Origin: Candidatus Zhuqueibacterota bacterium
Lineage (GTDB): Bacteria > Zhuqueibacterota > Zhuqueibacteria > Residuimicrobiales > Krinioviventaceae
Reading direction: 5' to 3'
DNA: 51,781 nucleotides
Assembly: GCA_003854995.1 (NCBI GenBank)
Contig: RQOI01000640.1
Coordinates: 1-51,781 of the forward strand
A model generated the notes under the pieces. It was not told where the DNA came from, made no database searches, and saw only the letters and a list, made by a program, of their open reading frames with translations. Every line of letters starts with the position of its first letter. The first letter of the stretch is position 1. Below, piece by piece: positions 27,282 through 34,924 of the stretch. The translations under genes and the position numbers were made by a program.

Positions 27282-27845
27282 ATGCCAACTCCCATAGGAC
27301 ACATGCTCGCAGCGGCGATTTTATGCAAGTCACAAAGAAGCAGAGATGATTTTCTCTTTTACCTTTTTATCCTCTTTTTTGCTCTGTTGCCGGATTCTGA
27401 TTTTCTATTTGGCTTTTTTACTGGTGATCCGAATCGATATCATCATCTGTTTACGCACAGTTTTGCTTTTGTCGTCATTGCCGGACTCTTGGGCGGGGTC
27501 ATTTATGCAAAATGGCGGGATGAGAATATCATTTTTTCGTCCGCCATTTTCATCTCTGCTGGTATAAGTCATGTGATCCTGGATTGTCTGGCAGTGGACA
27601 GGAGAGAACCTTTTGGCTGTCCGATAGGATGGCCATTTTCACAGAAATTTGTCATTTCTCCGGTTCTGCTGTTTTCAGATGTAACTCGCAGCTCGGACTC
27701 GAGTCTGTTTTTTCCGAGCTTGTTCAATATGCACAATTTGCAGGCCGTTTCCATAGAGCTCTTTGTCTTGATGCCGGTCTTGTTCACAGTCTGGATGTTG
27801 CGCAAGTCTACTGGCTATAGAAAAACGGCGATATCAAAAATGTAA
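27282..27845 (+). CDS. YdjM-family (DUF457) membrane-bound metal-dependent hydrolase
   Basis: MPTPIGHMLAAAIL..., LLPDSDFL, HHLFTHSF and ISHVILDCL give the His/Asp motif set of the LexA-regulated YdjM inner-membrane hydrolase family. There are 4-5 hydrophobic segments. Confidence 0.65.
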   Translation: MPTPIGHMLAAAILCKSQRSRDDFLFYLFILFFALLPDSDFLFGFFTGDPNRYHHLFTHSFAFVVIAGLLGGVIYAKWRDENIIFSSAIFISAGISHVILDCLAVDRREPFGCPIGWPFSQKFVISPVLLFSDVTRSSDSSLFFPSLFNMHNLQAVSIELFVLMPVLFTVWMLRKSTGYRKTAISKM

Positions 27846-27868
27846 TTGTAACAGGCCTCTGACTTTCG

Positions 27869-28810
27869 ATGCAAGTGAAAAAGAAAGAAAAACCTTATCT
27901 CTCGGTCGTCGTGCCTTTCTTCAATGAAGAGGAGAGCATCGAACGGCTATGGCAGGTGTTGAAAAGCTCGTTGGACGAGTTCGGCCAGTCGTATGAAGTC
28001 ATCTTTGTCGATGATGGCAGCATGGATCGCACCCGCGACATCATGCGCCGTCTGGCCAGTGACCATCCGGAACTTTTGGTCATCCTGTTCCGGGCCAATT
28101 TTGGCCAGTCGGCCGCCATGGCAGCGGGCTTTGAAGCCAGCCGCGGCGATGTGGTCGTGGCCATAGATGGTGATTTGCAAAACGATCCTCGCGATATCCG
28201 CGCGATCGTCGACAAGCTCAACGAAGGCTATGACGTGGTCAGTGGCTGGAGGAAAAATCGCCAGGATAAAATGGTATCACGATTGCTGCCGTCCAAGATT
28301 GCCAATCACATCATCTGTTCGGTCACGGATGTCAAGCTGCACGACACCGGCTGTTCGCTCAAGGCCTTTCGCGGCGACTTGTTGCGACGTATTTCTCTCT
28401 ATGGTGAGCTGCATCGTTTCATACCGGCGCTGCTGCGCATGGAGGGCGCCCGGATCACTGAGATGGCTGTCCGGCATCATGCCCGGCGCTACGGCACATC
28501 CAAGTATAATTTGAGCCGCACCTTTCGCGTCATCATGGATTTGCTGACGATTCGACTGCTCATGCAGCATTTGCAAAATCCGCTCAGCTTTTTTGCCAAA
28601 TTTTCGATTCTGGCCGGAGCGGCCGGAACAGTGACATTTTTTCGCGCACTTGCGCAGATCGTCCTCAATAGGATTGACGTCGCGACCTTGAATATATCCA
28701 TCAGCATGACAGTGCTGCTCTGGGCCGCTTCTTTCATGTTCATGAGCCTGGGACTCGTCGGCAAAATGATTGTTGATAATGGCGAACGTCGTCCGTTCAG
28801 TTTGGAATAA
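27869..28810 (+). CDS. GT2 polyprenyl-phosphate glycosyltransferase (GtrB/ArnC/Ppm1-type lipid-linked monosaccharide synthase)
   Basis: LSVVVPFFNEEESI, VIFVDDGSMDRT, AIDGDLQNDPRDI (DXD), HDTGCSLKAFR, GELHRFIPAL and HHARRYGTSKY, plus two C-terminal TM helices. This is the canonical GtrB/ArnC architecture. Confidence 0.85.
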   Translation: MQVKKKEKPYLSVVVPFFNEEESIERLWQVLKSSLDEFGQSYEVIFVDDGSMDRTRDIMRRLASDHPELLVILFRANFGQSAAMAAGFEASRGDVVVAIDGDLQNDPRDIRAIVDKLNEGYDVVSGWRKNRQDKMVSRLLPSKIANHIICSVTDVKLHDTGCSLKAFRGDLLRRISLYGELHRFIPALLRMEGARITEMAVRHHARRYGTSKYNLSRTFRVIMDLLTIRLLMQHLQNPLSFFAKFSILAGAAGTVTFFRALAQIVLNRIDVATLNISISMTVLLWAASFMFMSLGLVGKMIVDNGERRPFSLE

Positions 28811-28824
28811 CAAAGGGATTTGAT

Positions 28825-29799
28825 ATGGCGCTGCCGCATACAAACGAAATAGATATTCACATGGCAAAAGCCAAACCTTTGGTTTCTGTCATTGTGGCGA
28901 TCAAGAATCAGAAGGAATATCTGGAACAGCTGAATTCTGATCTGCGACGCATGCAGGAGGATAGCGAGTCCTCTTTTGAAATCATTTATGTGGATGATGG
29001 CAGCACGGACAGCTCCTGGCGAATGCTGAAAGAGATCGGCGAAAAATCACCGAACACGCACCTCATCAAATTGCGTACAGCCTTTGGCGAGTCATCCGCG
29101 CTGGAAGCGGCAATGGAGTCAGCGCTGGGCGATTGGATCGTCTTTTACACCTCTCGCGTTCGCGTGAATGCTCGCGATCTGAGCCGTCTGGTCGACCGAC
29201 TGGCGCATGCTGACGTCGTTGTCGGTGCGCGTTTTCCACGGCGCGACTCGGGTCTCAATCAATTTGTTTCAAAGATATTCAATCGAATCACCAACAAGAT
29301 TGCAAAGCTCGATTTGCGCGACATCAATAGCGGCGTGTTCGCTGTGCGACGCGACGTGCTGGAGAGAGTGCCGTTTTATGGCGCACTCAACTCTTTTTTG
29401 CCGCTGCTGGCGAGCCGTCAGGGATACAAGGTGGTCGAAGAGCCGGTCGAGCAACTGCCTGGTAAATTTGATCAATCGCTCAAAGCCAAAGATTATGTTC
29501 GTCGATTTCTTGATTTGATCAGCGTCGTCTTTCTCAGCCGATATTCTAAAAAGCCGCTCCATTTTCTCGGTTTTGGCGGCGCTATCATGGCCGTTGTCGG
29601 CGCGGCGATCGATCTCTATCTGTTCATCTACCGCATTCTGGGTTTTGGCGGCATTGCCGGGCGCCCCATACTATTGCTGGGCACGGTCTGCCTGGTGATC
29701 GGCCTGCAGATGATCGCCATCGGCTTGCTGGGAGAAATGATCATTTTTACCCACGCCCGACAAATTAGAGAATATAACATTGAAGAAATAGTTGAATAA
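28825..29799 (+). CDS. GtrB-like GT2 paralog with degenerate catalytic motifs (DXD replaced); possible pseudo-glycosyltransferase
   Basis: Same length and topology as the upstream gene: VSVIVAIKN, IIYVDDGSTDSS, and a C-terminal TM hairpin ending GLLGEMIIF. The position aligned to AIDGDLQNDP reads FYTSRVRVNA. HDTGCSLKAFR becomes RDINSGVFAVRR and HHARRYGTSKY becomes QLPGKFDQSLKAKDY. An alternative start ATG is at 28861. Confidence 0.6.
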   Translation: MALPHTNEIDIHMAKAKPLVSVIVAIKNQKEYLEQLNSDLRRMQEDSESSFEIIYVDDGSTDSSWRMLKEIGEKSPNTHLIKLRTAFGESSALEAAMESALGDWIVFYTSRVRVNARDLSRLVDRLAHADVVVGARFPRRDSGLNQFVSKIFNRITNKIAKLDLRDINSGVFAVRRDVLERVPFYGALNSFLPLLASRQGYKVVEEPVEQLPGKFDQSLKAKDYVRRFLDLISVVFLSRYSKKPLHFLGFGGAIMAVVGAAIDLYLFIYRILGFGGIAGRPILLLGTVCLVIGLQMIAIGLLGEMIIFTHARQIREYNIEEIVE

Positions 29800-30757
29800 A
29801 AAATTGAAACTCATCATACAAATACCCTGTTACAACGAGGAGAAGACACTTCCTCTCACTTTTTCGGAATTGCCGCGTCAGATCAATGGCATTGATGAGA
29901 TCGAATATCTGATCATCAATGACGGCAGCGACGACCGGACCGTCGAAGTGGCGCGCGAACTTGGGATACATCATGTCATCAGTTTTCCCAAAAACAAGGG
30001 CCTGGCAAAAGGATTCATGGCAGGTCTCGATGCCTCTCTTCGGCTCGGCGCTGATATCATTGTCAACACAGATGCTGATAATCAATACGCGGGCGCCGAT
30101 ATTGAAAAGCTCGTTGAGCCGATTCTCAAAGGCGAGGCAGAGCTGGTTGTCGGTGATCGACAGACCAACGGCATTCATCATTTTTCGTGGTTCAAAAAAA
30201 GACTGCAAAGATGGGGAAGCTGGGTCGTTCGCCACGTATCGGATACTTCTGTCCCGGATGCCACCAGCGGATTCCGCGCCTTGTCGCGCGAAGCTGCACT
30301 GCAGATGAATGTCGTTTCCGAATTCACCTATACCCTGGAAACCATCATTCAAGCCGGGAAGAAGAACCTGGCCATCTCGCACGTCCCGATTCGCACCAAT
30401 GGCAAATTGCGTGAATCGAGGCTATTCCGCGGTAACTGGAGCTATATTAAACGTTCTATTGGCACCATCGCACGGATCTATACCATGTACGAGCCGCTGA
30501 GAATGTTCTCTTTTATTGGCGCCATACTCTTCGGCCTCGGCTTGCTCATCGGTCTTCGCTTTGTCTATTTTTATATCACCAGTGGCGGTGCCGGCCACAT
30601 TCAATCATTGATATTGACCGCTGTACTGCTCATCGTTGGTTTTCAAGTTTTTGTCTTTGGCCTGATGGCTGACATGATCGGCTCAAACAGGCGCCTCATC
30701 GAAGATGCGCTCTATAGATTGAAGAAAATGGAGCACTCGGGATCGTCGGGAAAGTGA
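29792..30757 (+). CDS. GT2 glycosyltransferase with C-terminal TM helices (second subtype of polyprenyl-phosphate glycosyltransferase)
   Basis: The TTG start overlaps the upstream stop (TTGAATAA). LIIQIPCYNEEKTL, LIINDGSDDRT, NKGLAKGF, VNTDADNQY (DXD), DATSGFRAL, then two TM helices (FIGAILFGLGLLIGL, LILTAVLLIVGFQVFVFGL). Confidence 0.8.
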   Translation: MNKKLKLIIQIPCYNEEKTLPLTFSELPRQINGIDEIEYLIINDGSDDRTVEVARELGIHHVISFPKNKGLAKGFMAGLDASLRLGADIIVNTDADNQYAGADIEKLVEPILKGEAELVVGDRQTNGIHHFSWFKKRLQRWGSWVVRHVSDTSVPDATSGFRALSREAALQMNVVSEFTYTLETIIQAGKKNLAISHVPIRTNGKLRESRLFRGNWSYIKRSIGTIARIYTMYEPLRMFSFIGAILFGLGLLIGLRFVYFYITSGGAGHIQSLILTAVLLIVGFQVFVFGLMADMIGSNRRLIEDALYRLKKMEHSGSSGK

Positions 30758-30764
30758 TACGCGG

Positions 30765-31826
30765 ATGAGGATTCTATACGTCGCTGGTCGAGAAGAGAGC
30801 TATTCCCGGACACGCATCGTCTATAAAGCGCTCAAAGCGCAGGGCTTTGATGTGATCGGTTGTTTCCCGCCGAATAAATCCTTTGCCCATTACCCGCGAC
30901 TGCTCTGGCGCGCCGTCCGTCTAGCGCGAAAGTGCGACGTCATCATCGTCGGTTTTTATGGACAGCTCATATTGCCGTTCATCAAACTATTGACCTGGAA
31001 GCCCATTCTGTTCGATATGTATATTGCCACATTCGACACAATGGTGAACGACCGCAAGGCAGCCGACGCCAGGAGCCTCAAGGCGCATTTCTATAAATGG
31101 AGTGATACGCTTGCCTGTCGGATGTCAAACCGGCTGGTGCTCGAGACAAATGATCACATTCGCGATTTTGCTGCAAAGTTTCACGTCGATCCGGCCAAGT
31201 TTCAGCGCATCTTTTTGGCAGCGGACGACAGCGCGATCTATCCGCGCCGCCTTGATAAAACGACAGGCGCGTTCCTCGTGCATTTTCACGGTGAATATGC
31301 GCCGTTCCACGGCGTCAAATACATTCTGCAGGCGGCGCATATACTGCGTCATGCGAATGTGCGCTTTCAGATCATTGGCAAGGGCATCACTTACGACGCT
31401 GATCTGCAACTCGCGCGCGAACTGGGGCTGACGAACGTCTCATTTATTGATCCCGTGCCTTATGAGGTGCTGGCGGATTATATGGCGCGCGCTGATGTCT
31501 GTCTGGGAATTTTTGGCGAGAATGATCGCATGCTGCGCGTTTTGACGAACAAGGTCATTGAATCCATCGGCATGCGAAAGCCGCTCATCACCGGCAGAAA
31601 TGAGCCGGTCCAGGAACTGCTCACGCATGGGCAGAGCGTCTATCTCGTCGAACGCGCCAATCCGAGGGCGCTGGCGGAAGCTATTATAATATTAAAGAGT
31701 GACCCGGATCTGCGTCACAAGATTGCAGAGGGCGGATACGATGCTTTCAGAAACCATTGCACGATGGAAAAGTTGGGTCAAGGATTTGCCACTATTCTGA
31801 GGACTATGAATTCAAATGGAAAATGA
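30765..31826 (+). CDS. GT-B fold glycosyltransferase (GT4-like)
   Basis: MRILYVAGRE at the N-terminus and a Rossmann-like C-terminal half with NKVIESIGMRKPLITGRNEPVQELLTHGQSVYLVE (EX7E-like region). Confidence 0.6.
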   Translation: MRILYVAGREESYSRTRIVYKALKAQGFDVIGCFPPNKSFAHYPRLLWRAVRLARKCDVIIVGFYGQLILPFIKLLTWKPILFDMYIATFDTMVNDRKAADARSLKAHFYKWSDTLACRMSNRLVLETNDHIRDFAAKFHVDPAKFQRIFLAADDSAIYPRRLDKTTGAFLVHFHGEYAPFHGVKYILQAAHILRHANVRFQIIGKGITYDADLQLARELGLTNVSFIDPVPYEVLADYMARADVCLGIFGENDRMLRVLTNKVIESIGMRKPLITGRNEPVQELLTHGQSVYLVERANPRALAEAIIILKSDPDLRHKIAEGGYDAFRNHCTMEKLGQGFATILRTMNSNGK

Positions 31827-32820
31827 ATCTGCAAAATTGAATGGCCGGCAGATACTGATCACCGGCGGCATGGGATTCATCGGCAGCAACCTGGCACATC
31901 GCCTGGTGCGGGAAGGCGCTCGGGTGACCATCTACGACGCTTGCCTTGATCCCTATGGTTGGAACTGGGCGAACCTCGACGGCATACGCGATGACGTGCA
32001 GGTCGTGATCGGTGATGTTCGGGATGAAGAGAAACTGGAGCACCATGCGCGTGGAAAAGATATTATTTTTCATCTCGCAGCGCAGGTGGGACGGGAGATC
32101 TCCATGGCCTCGCCGGAACTGGATGCCGATATCAATTGCATCGGCACGCTCAACCTCTGCAAAGTGCTGGCCAGAGGAGAGAGGCGCGCCAAGGTCGTCT
32201 ATGCCGGCAGTCGCGGCCAGATCGGCGAGCCGGTTTACCTGCCGGTGGATGAGGCGCATCCGACCGAGCCGACAGATGTCTATGGCATCAATAAACTGGC
32301 TGCTGAAAAGTACCTCCTTTTGTATGGGCACATTTTTAATTTTCCGGTTGTGTCCTTGCGGTTGAACAATGTCTATGGTCCTCGTTGTCAGATGGAGCAC
32401 GGTTTTTACGGCATTCTCAACTGGTTCATCCAGAACGCCATGACCGGCAGAGATATCACGGTCTATGGCGATGGCATGCAAACTCGCGACTATATCTATA
32501 TTGATGATGTTGTCGATGCCTTTGTTCGCGCCGGCTTGAGCTCGACCGCGAATGATGAGATCTTTTTCATCGGCTCCGGTGTGGAATCTCACTTTATCGA
32601 TATGGTCAGGCAAGTCATTGATGCCGTCGGTCGAGGCAATTATGTGCACATACCGTTTCCGCCGCAACGCGAGTGCATTGACATCCGCCGATTTGTCGCG
32701 ACATTTGCCAAGTTCAAGGGTGCGACTGGCTGGCAGCCTAAAATTGACCTGGCTGCCGGCGTCCGATATACCGTGGACTATTATCGCGATAAACTGGATC
32801 GCTATTTGAAAAAGAGCTGA
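31816..32820 (+). CDS. Extended-SDR NAD-dependent sugar epimerase/dehydratase
   Basis: ILITGGMGFIGSNLAHRL (GxxGxxG) and YGINKLAAE (YxxxK). It is 334 aa and overlaps the upstream gene by 11 nt. Confidence 0.85.
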   Translation: MENESAKLNGRQILITGGMGFIGSNLAHRLVREGARVTIYDACLDPYGWNWANLDGIRDDVQVVIGDVRDEEKLEHHARGKDIIFHLAAQVGREISMASPELDADINCIGTLNLCKVLARGERRAKVVYAGSRGQIGEPVYLPVDEAHPTEPTDVYGINKLAAEKYLLLYGHIFNFPVVSLRLNNVYGPRCQMEHGFYGILNWFIQNAMTGRDITVYGDGMQTRDYIYIDDVVDAFVRAGLSSTANDEIFFIGSGVESHFIDMVRQVIDAVGRGNYVHIPFPPQRECIDIRRFVATFAKFKGATGWQPKIDLAAGVRYTVDYYRDKLDRYLKKS

Positions 32821-32825
32821 ATCGA

Positions 32826-34112
32826 ATGAGCTTTGAACAACCGATAAATATTGGCTTTGTGCACAACGCGTATCCGGTCCTGTCGCAGACATTTATAAAG
32901 AAAGAGATGCTGGGATTGCAGGCGCTCGGACTGCCTCTGCGCATCTATTCATTATTTCGTCCTGAGGGCGGACAGTGCCAAGGACCCGACCATGTGACCT
33001 ACATCTTGCCGCATGCGCGCGCCGGCGCGCTTGTTTTGTCACATCTCTATTTTATCGTCACAGCGCCACGCCGCTATTGGCGCACTCTGCTCTTTGCCAT
33101 GAAAAGGCGTAGCCGCCGGATATCTTTTATCAAAACAGTCTTGTGTCTTTTGCGCCGGGAGGATGTGTCCAAAGCGCAACGGCAGGATCTGCTGCTCCAT
33201 TTTCTACTGGCTCCTGTGTTGGCAAAGAGGATGAAACGTGATAGCATCTCTTTCATCAACTCGCACTTTGCCGATGCAGCGGCGGCCTTTAGTCTATTGA
33301 CCGCTAAAATTCTGGGATTGCGCTTTGGCGTGACGACGCACGCCTATGATATTTTTACAGCGCCGGCAAACCTTTGCGAAAAACTGGAGGAGGCGCAATT
33401 CGTCCTGACATGTACCGCCTATAACAAGGCGGCGTTGCTCGATAAAGTCGATCTTGACGCTGACAAGATTCAGGTGCACTATCACGGTGTTGATACAGCA
33501 AAATTCAGACGCTCCGGCAGGCCAGTCAATACGACCGCTGAAATATTGTCAGTTGGGCGGCTGGTGCCGAAAAAAGGCTTTGACTTTCTCATTTCGGCTT
33601 GTGCTCAGCTGCGGGATGCAGGCGTAGAATTCATCTGCCGCATCATCGGTGATGGTCCATTGTTCAAAGATCTTGCGCGGTTGATAGACACAGCTTGTTT
33701 GCAGGAGCAGGTCGAGCTATTGGGTTCGCTTTCTCCGGAAAAGATCGTCGCTTACTATGAGAGAGCGGATATCTTTGCCTTGCCATGCGTGGTTTTGGCC
33801 GATGGCGATCGCGATGGCATCCCCAATGTCATCGCTGAGGCGATGGCGATGGAGCTGCCCGTGGTCTCTTCGGGAATATCCGGCATCCCGGAACTGGTAG
33901 TGGACGGAGTGACGGGCTATTTGAAAGAGCCAAAAGATGTCGCGGGCGTTGCCGCCGCTCTGGACCTGTTAGTGCGGAATCAAAGACTGCGAAACGAGAT
34001 GGGCGCGGCCGGTCGCCGCCGCGTGCAGGCTGTTTTCAACTCGGAAACTTGTCTGCAAAACCTGTATCATTTTTATGCGGCAGCGTTGAATGGCAGAGAT
34101 CAGTCGAGATGA
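32826..34112 (+). CDS. GT4 glycosyltransferase (WcaL-like)
   Basis: GRLVPKKGFDFLI and DGIPNVIAEAMAMELPVVSSGISGIPELVVDGVTGYL (EX7E motif region). Confidence 0.8.
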   Translation: MSFEQPINIGFVHNAYPVLSQTFIKKEMLGLQALGLPLRIYSLFRPEGGQCQGPDHVTYILPHARAGALVLSHLYFIVTAPRRYWRTLLFAMKRRSRRISFIKTVLCLLRREDVSKAQRQDLLLHFLLAPVLAKRMKRDSISFINSHFADAAAAFSLLTAKILGLRFGVTTHAYDIFTAPANLCEKLEEAQFVLTCTAYNKAALLDKVDLDADKIQVHYHGVDTAKFRRSGRPVNTTAEILSVGRLVPKKGFDFLISACAQLRDAGVEFICRIIGDGPLFKDLARLIDTACLQEQVELLGSLSPEKIVAYYERADIFALPCVVLADGDRDGIPNVIAEAMAMELPVVSSGISGIPELVVDGVTGYLKEPKDVAGVAAALDLLVRNQRLRNEMGAAGRRRVQAVFNSETCLQNLYHFYAAALNGRDQSR

Positions 34113-34924
34113 TATCCCTTATCGTCAATGCGGACGACTTTGGTCGCACGTGTGAGATCAATCGCGGCATTGTCGAATCCTTTCACAACGGCATCGTCAC
34201 CAGCGCGTCGTTACTGGTCAACTTCCCGGCTTTTGCTGACGCCGCTGAGTTGATCAATCTCTACGACATGCCGGTCGGCATCCATTTCAATTTGACCGAG
34301 GGTCGACCGGTGAGCGATTGCTCCTGCGTGCCCTCTCTGGTTGATAGGAGTGGCCAATTCTACGGGAAATTCATTTTTTATCATCGCTTGATCACAGGAT
34401 GTTTTCGCGAGCAGGAGATGAAAAGAGAGCTGGCCGCGCAGATGGAAAAGTGCCTTGAATACGGCCTTAAATTGGATCATTATGATGGGCATCACCACAT
34501 CCACGCCGTCAGGGCTATAGCGCCACTCGCGCGGTCGCTGGGCAGAATGAAGATGCTGCCGTTTCGCCAACTGAATAGGCCGCACCGGCGACAGTCGCTG
34601 GCTGCATATATACAACATTGCGCCATCTGGCTGATGGCGCCAAGCCCGACAACAGCTCGTCCTCAGACTTTCTGGGGCTCTGACTTGATGGTGCGTAAAA
34701 ACAAGCTCGCAGCACTGGAAAAAATCTTGCAGAATTTAAAGCCGGGACTGAATGAGCTGATGTGTCATCCTGGATATGTCAGCCAGGAGGATATTGGCAG
34801 CTATAATGTCCAGCGTCAAGAGGAAACCGACGCGTTGTGCAAATGTGTTATAAAAAAGATGGTCGATGATAAAAAAATAGGCCTCCTTTCTTATCGGGAG
34901 TTGATCCTGCATTATGCTGAATAA
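34109..34924 (+). CDS. YdjC/ChbG/NaxD-family carbohydrate deacetylase
   Basis: ORF 34049..34924 trimmed to the ATG at 34109, which overlaps the upstream stop (ATGA). MISLIVNADDFGRTCEINRGIVESFHNGIVTSASLL, LDHYDGHHHIHAV and CHPGYV are YdjC-family metal-site motifs. Confidence 0.75.
   Translation: MISLIVNADDFGRTCEINRGIVESFHNGIVTSASLLVNFPAFADAAELINLYDMPVGIHFNLTEGRPVSDCSCVPSLVDRSGQFYGKFIFYHRLITGCFREQEMKRELAAQMEKCLEYGLKLDHYDGHHHIHAVRAIAPLARSLGRMKMLPFRQLNRPHRRQSLAAYIQHCAIWLMAPSPTTARPQTFWGSDLMVRKNKLAALEKILQNLKPGLNELMCHPGYVSQEDIGSYNVQRQEETDALCKCVIKKMVDDKKIGLLSYRELILHYAE

Noticed and set aside
31804-32892. 362-aa minus-strand ORF spanning the whole epimerase gene. Similar long antisense ORFs are 2955..4016 (+), 17238..17993 (+), 19754..20734 (+), 36015..36755 (-) and 40306..41046 (-).
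   Set aside because: Each lies antisense or out of frame to a gene with unambiguous family motifs (GxxGxxG/YxxxK SDR, GH29, GH106-like, GcvP, GT-C). Their products are Arg/Gly/His/Asp-rich with no recognisable motifs. They are typical shadow ORFs.
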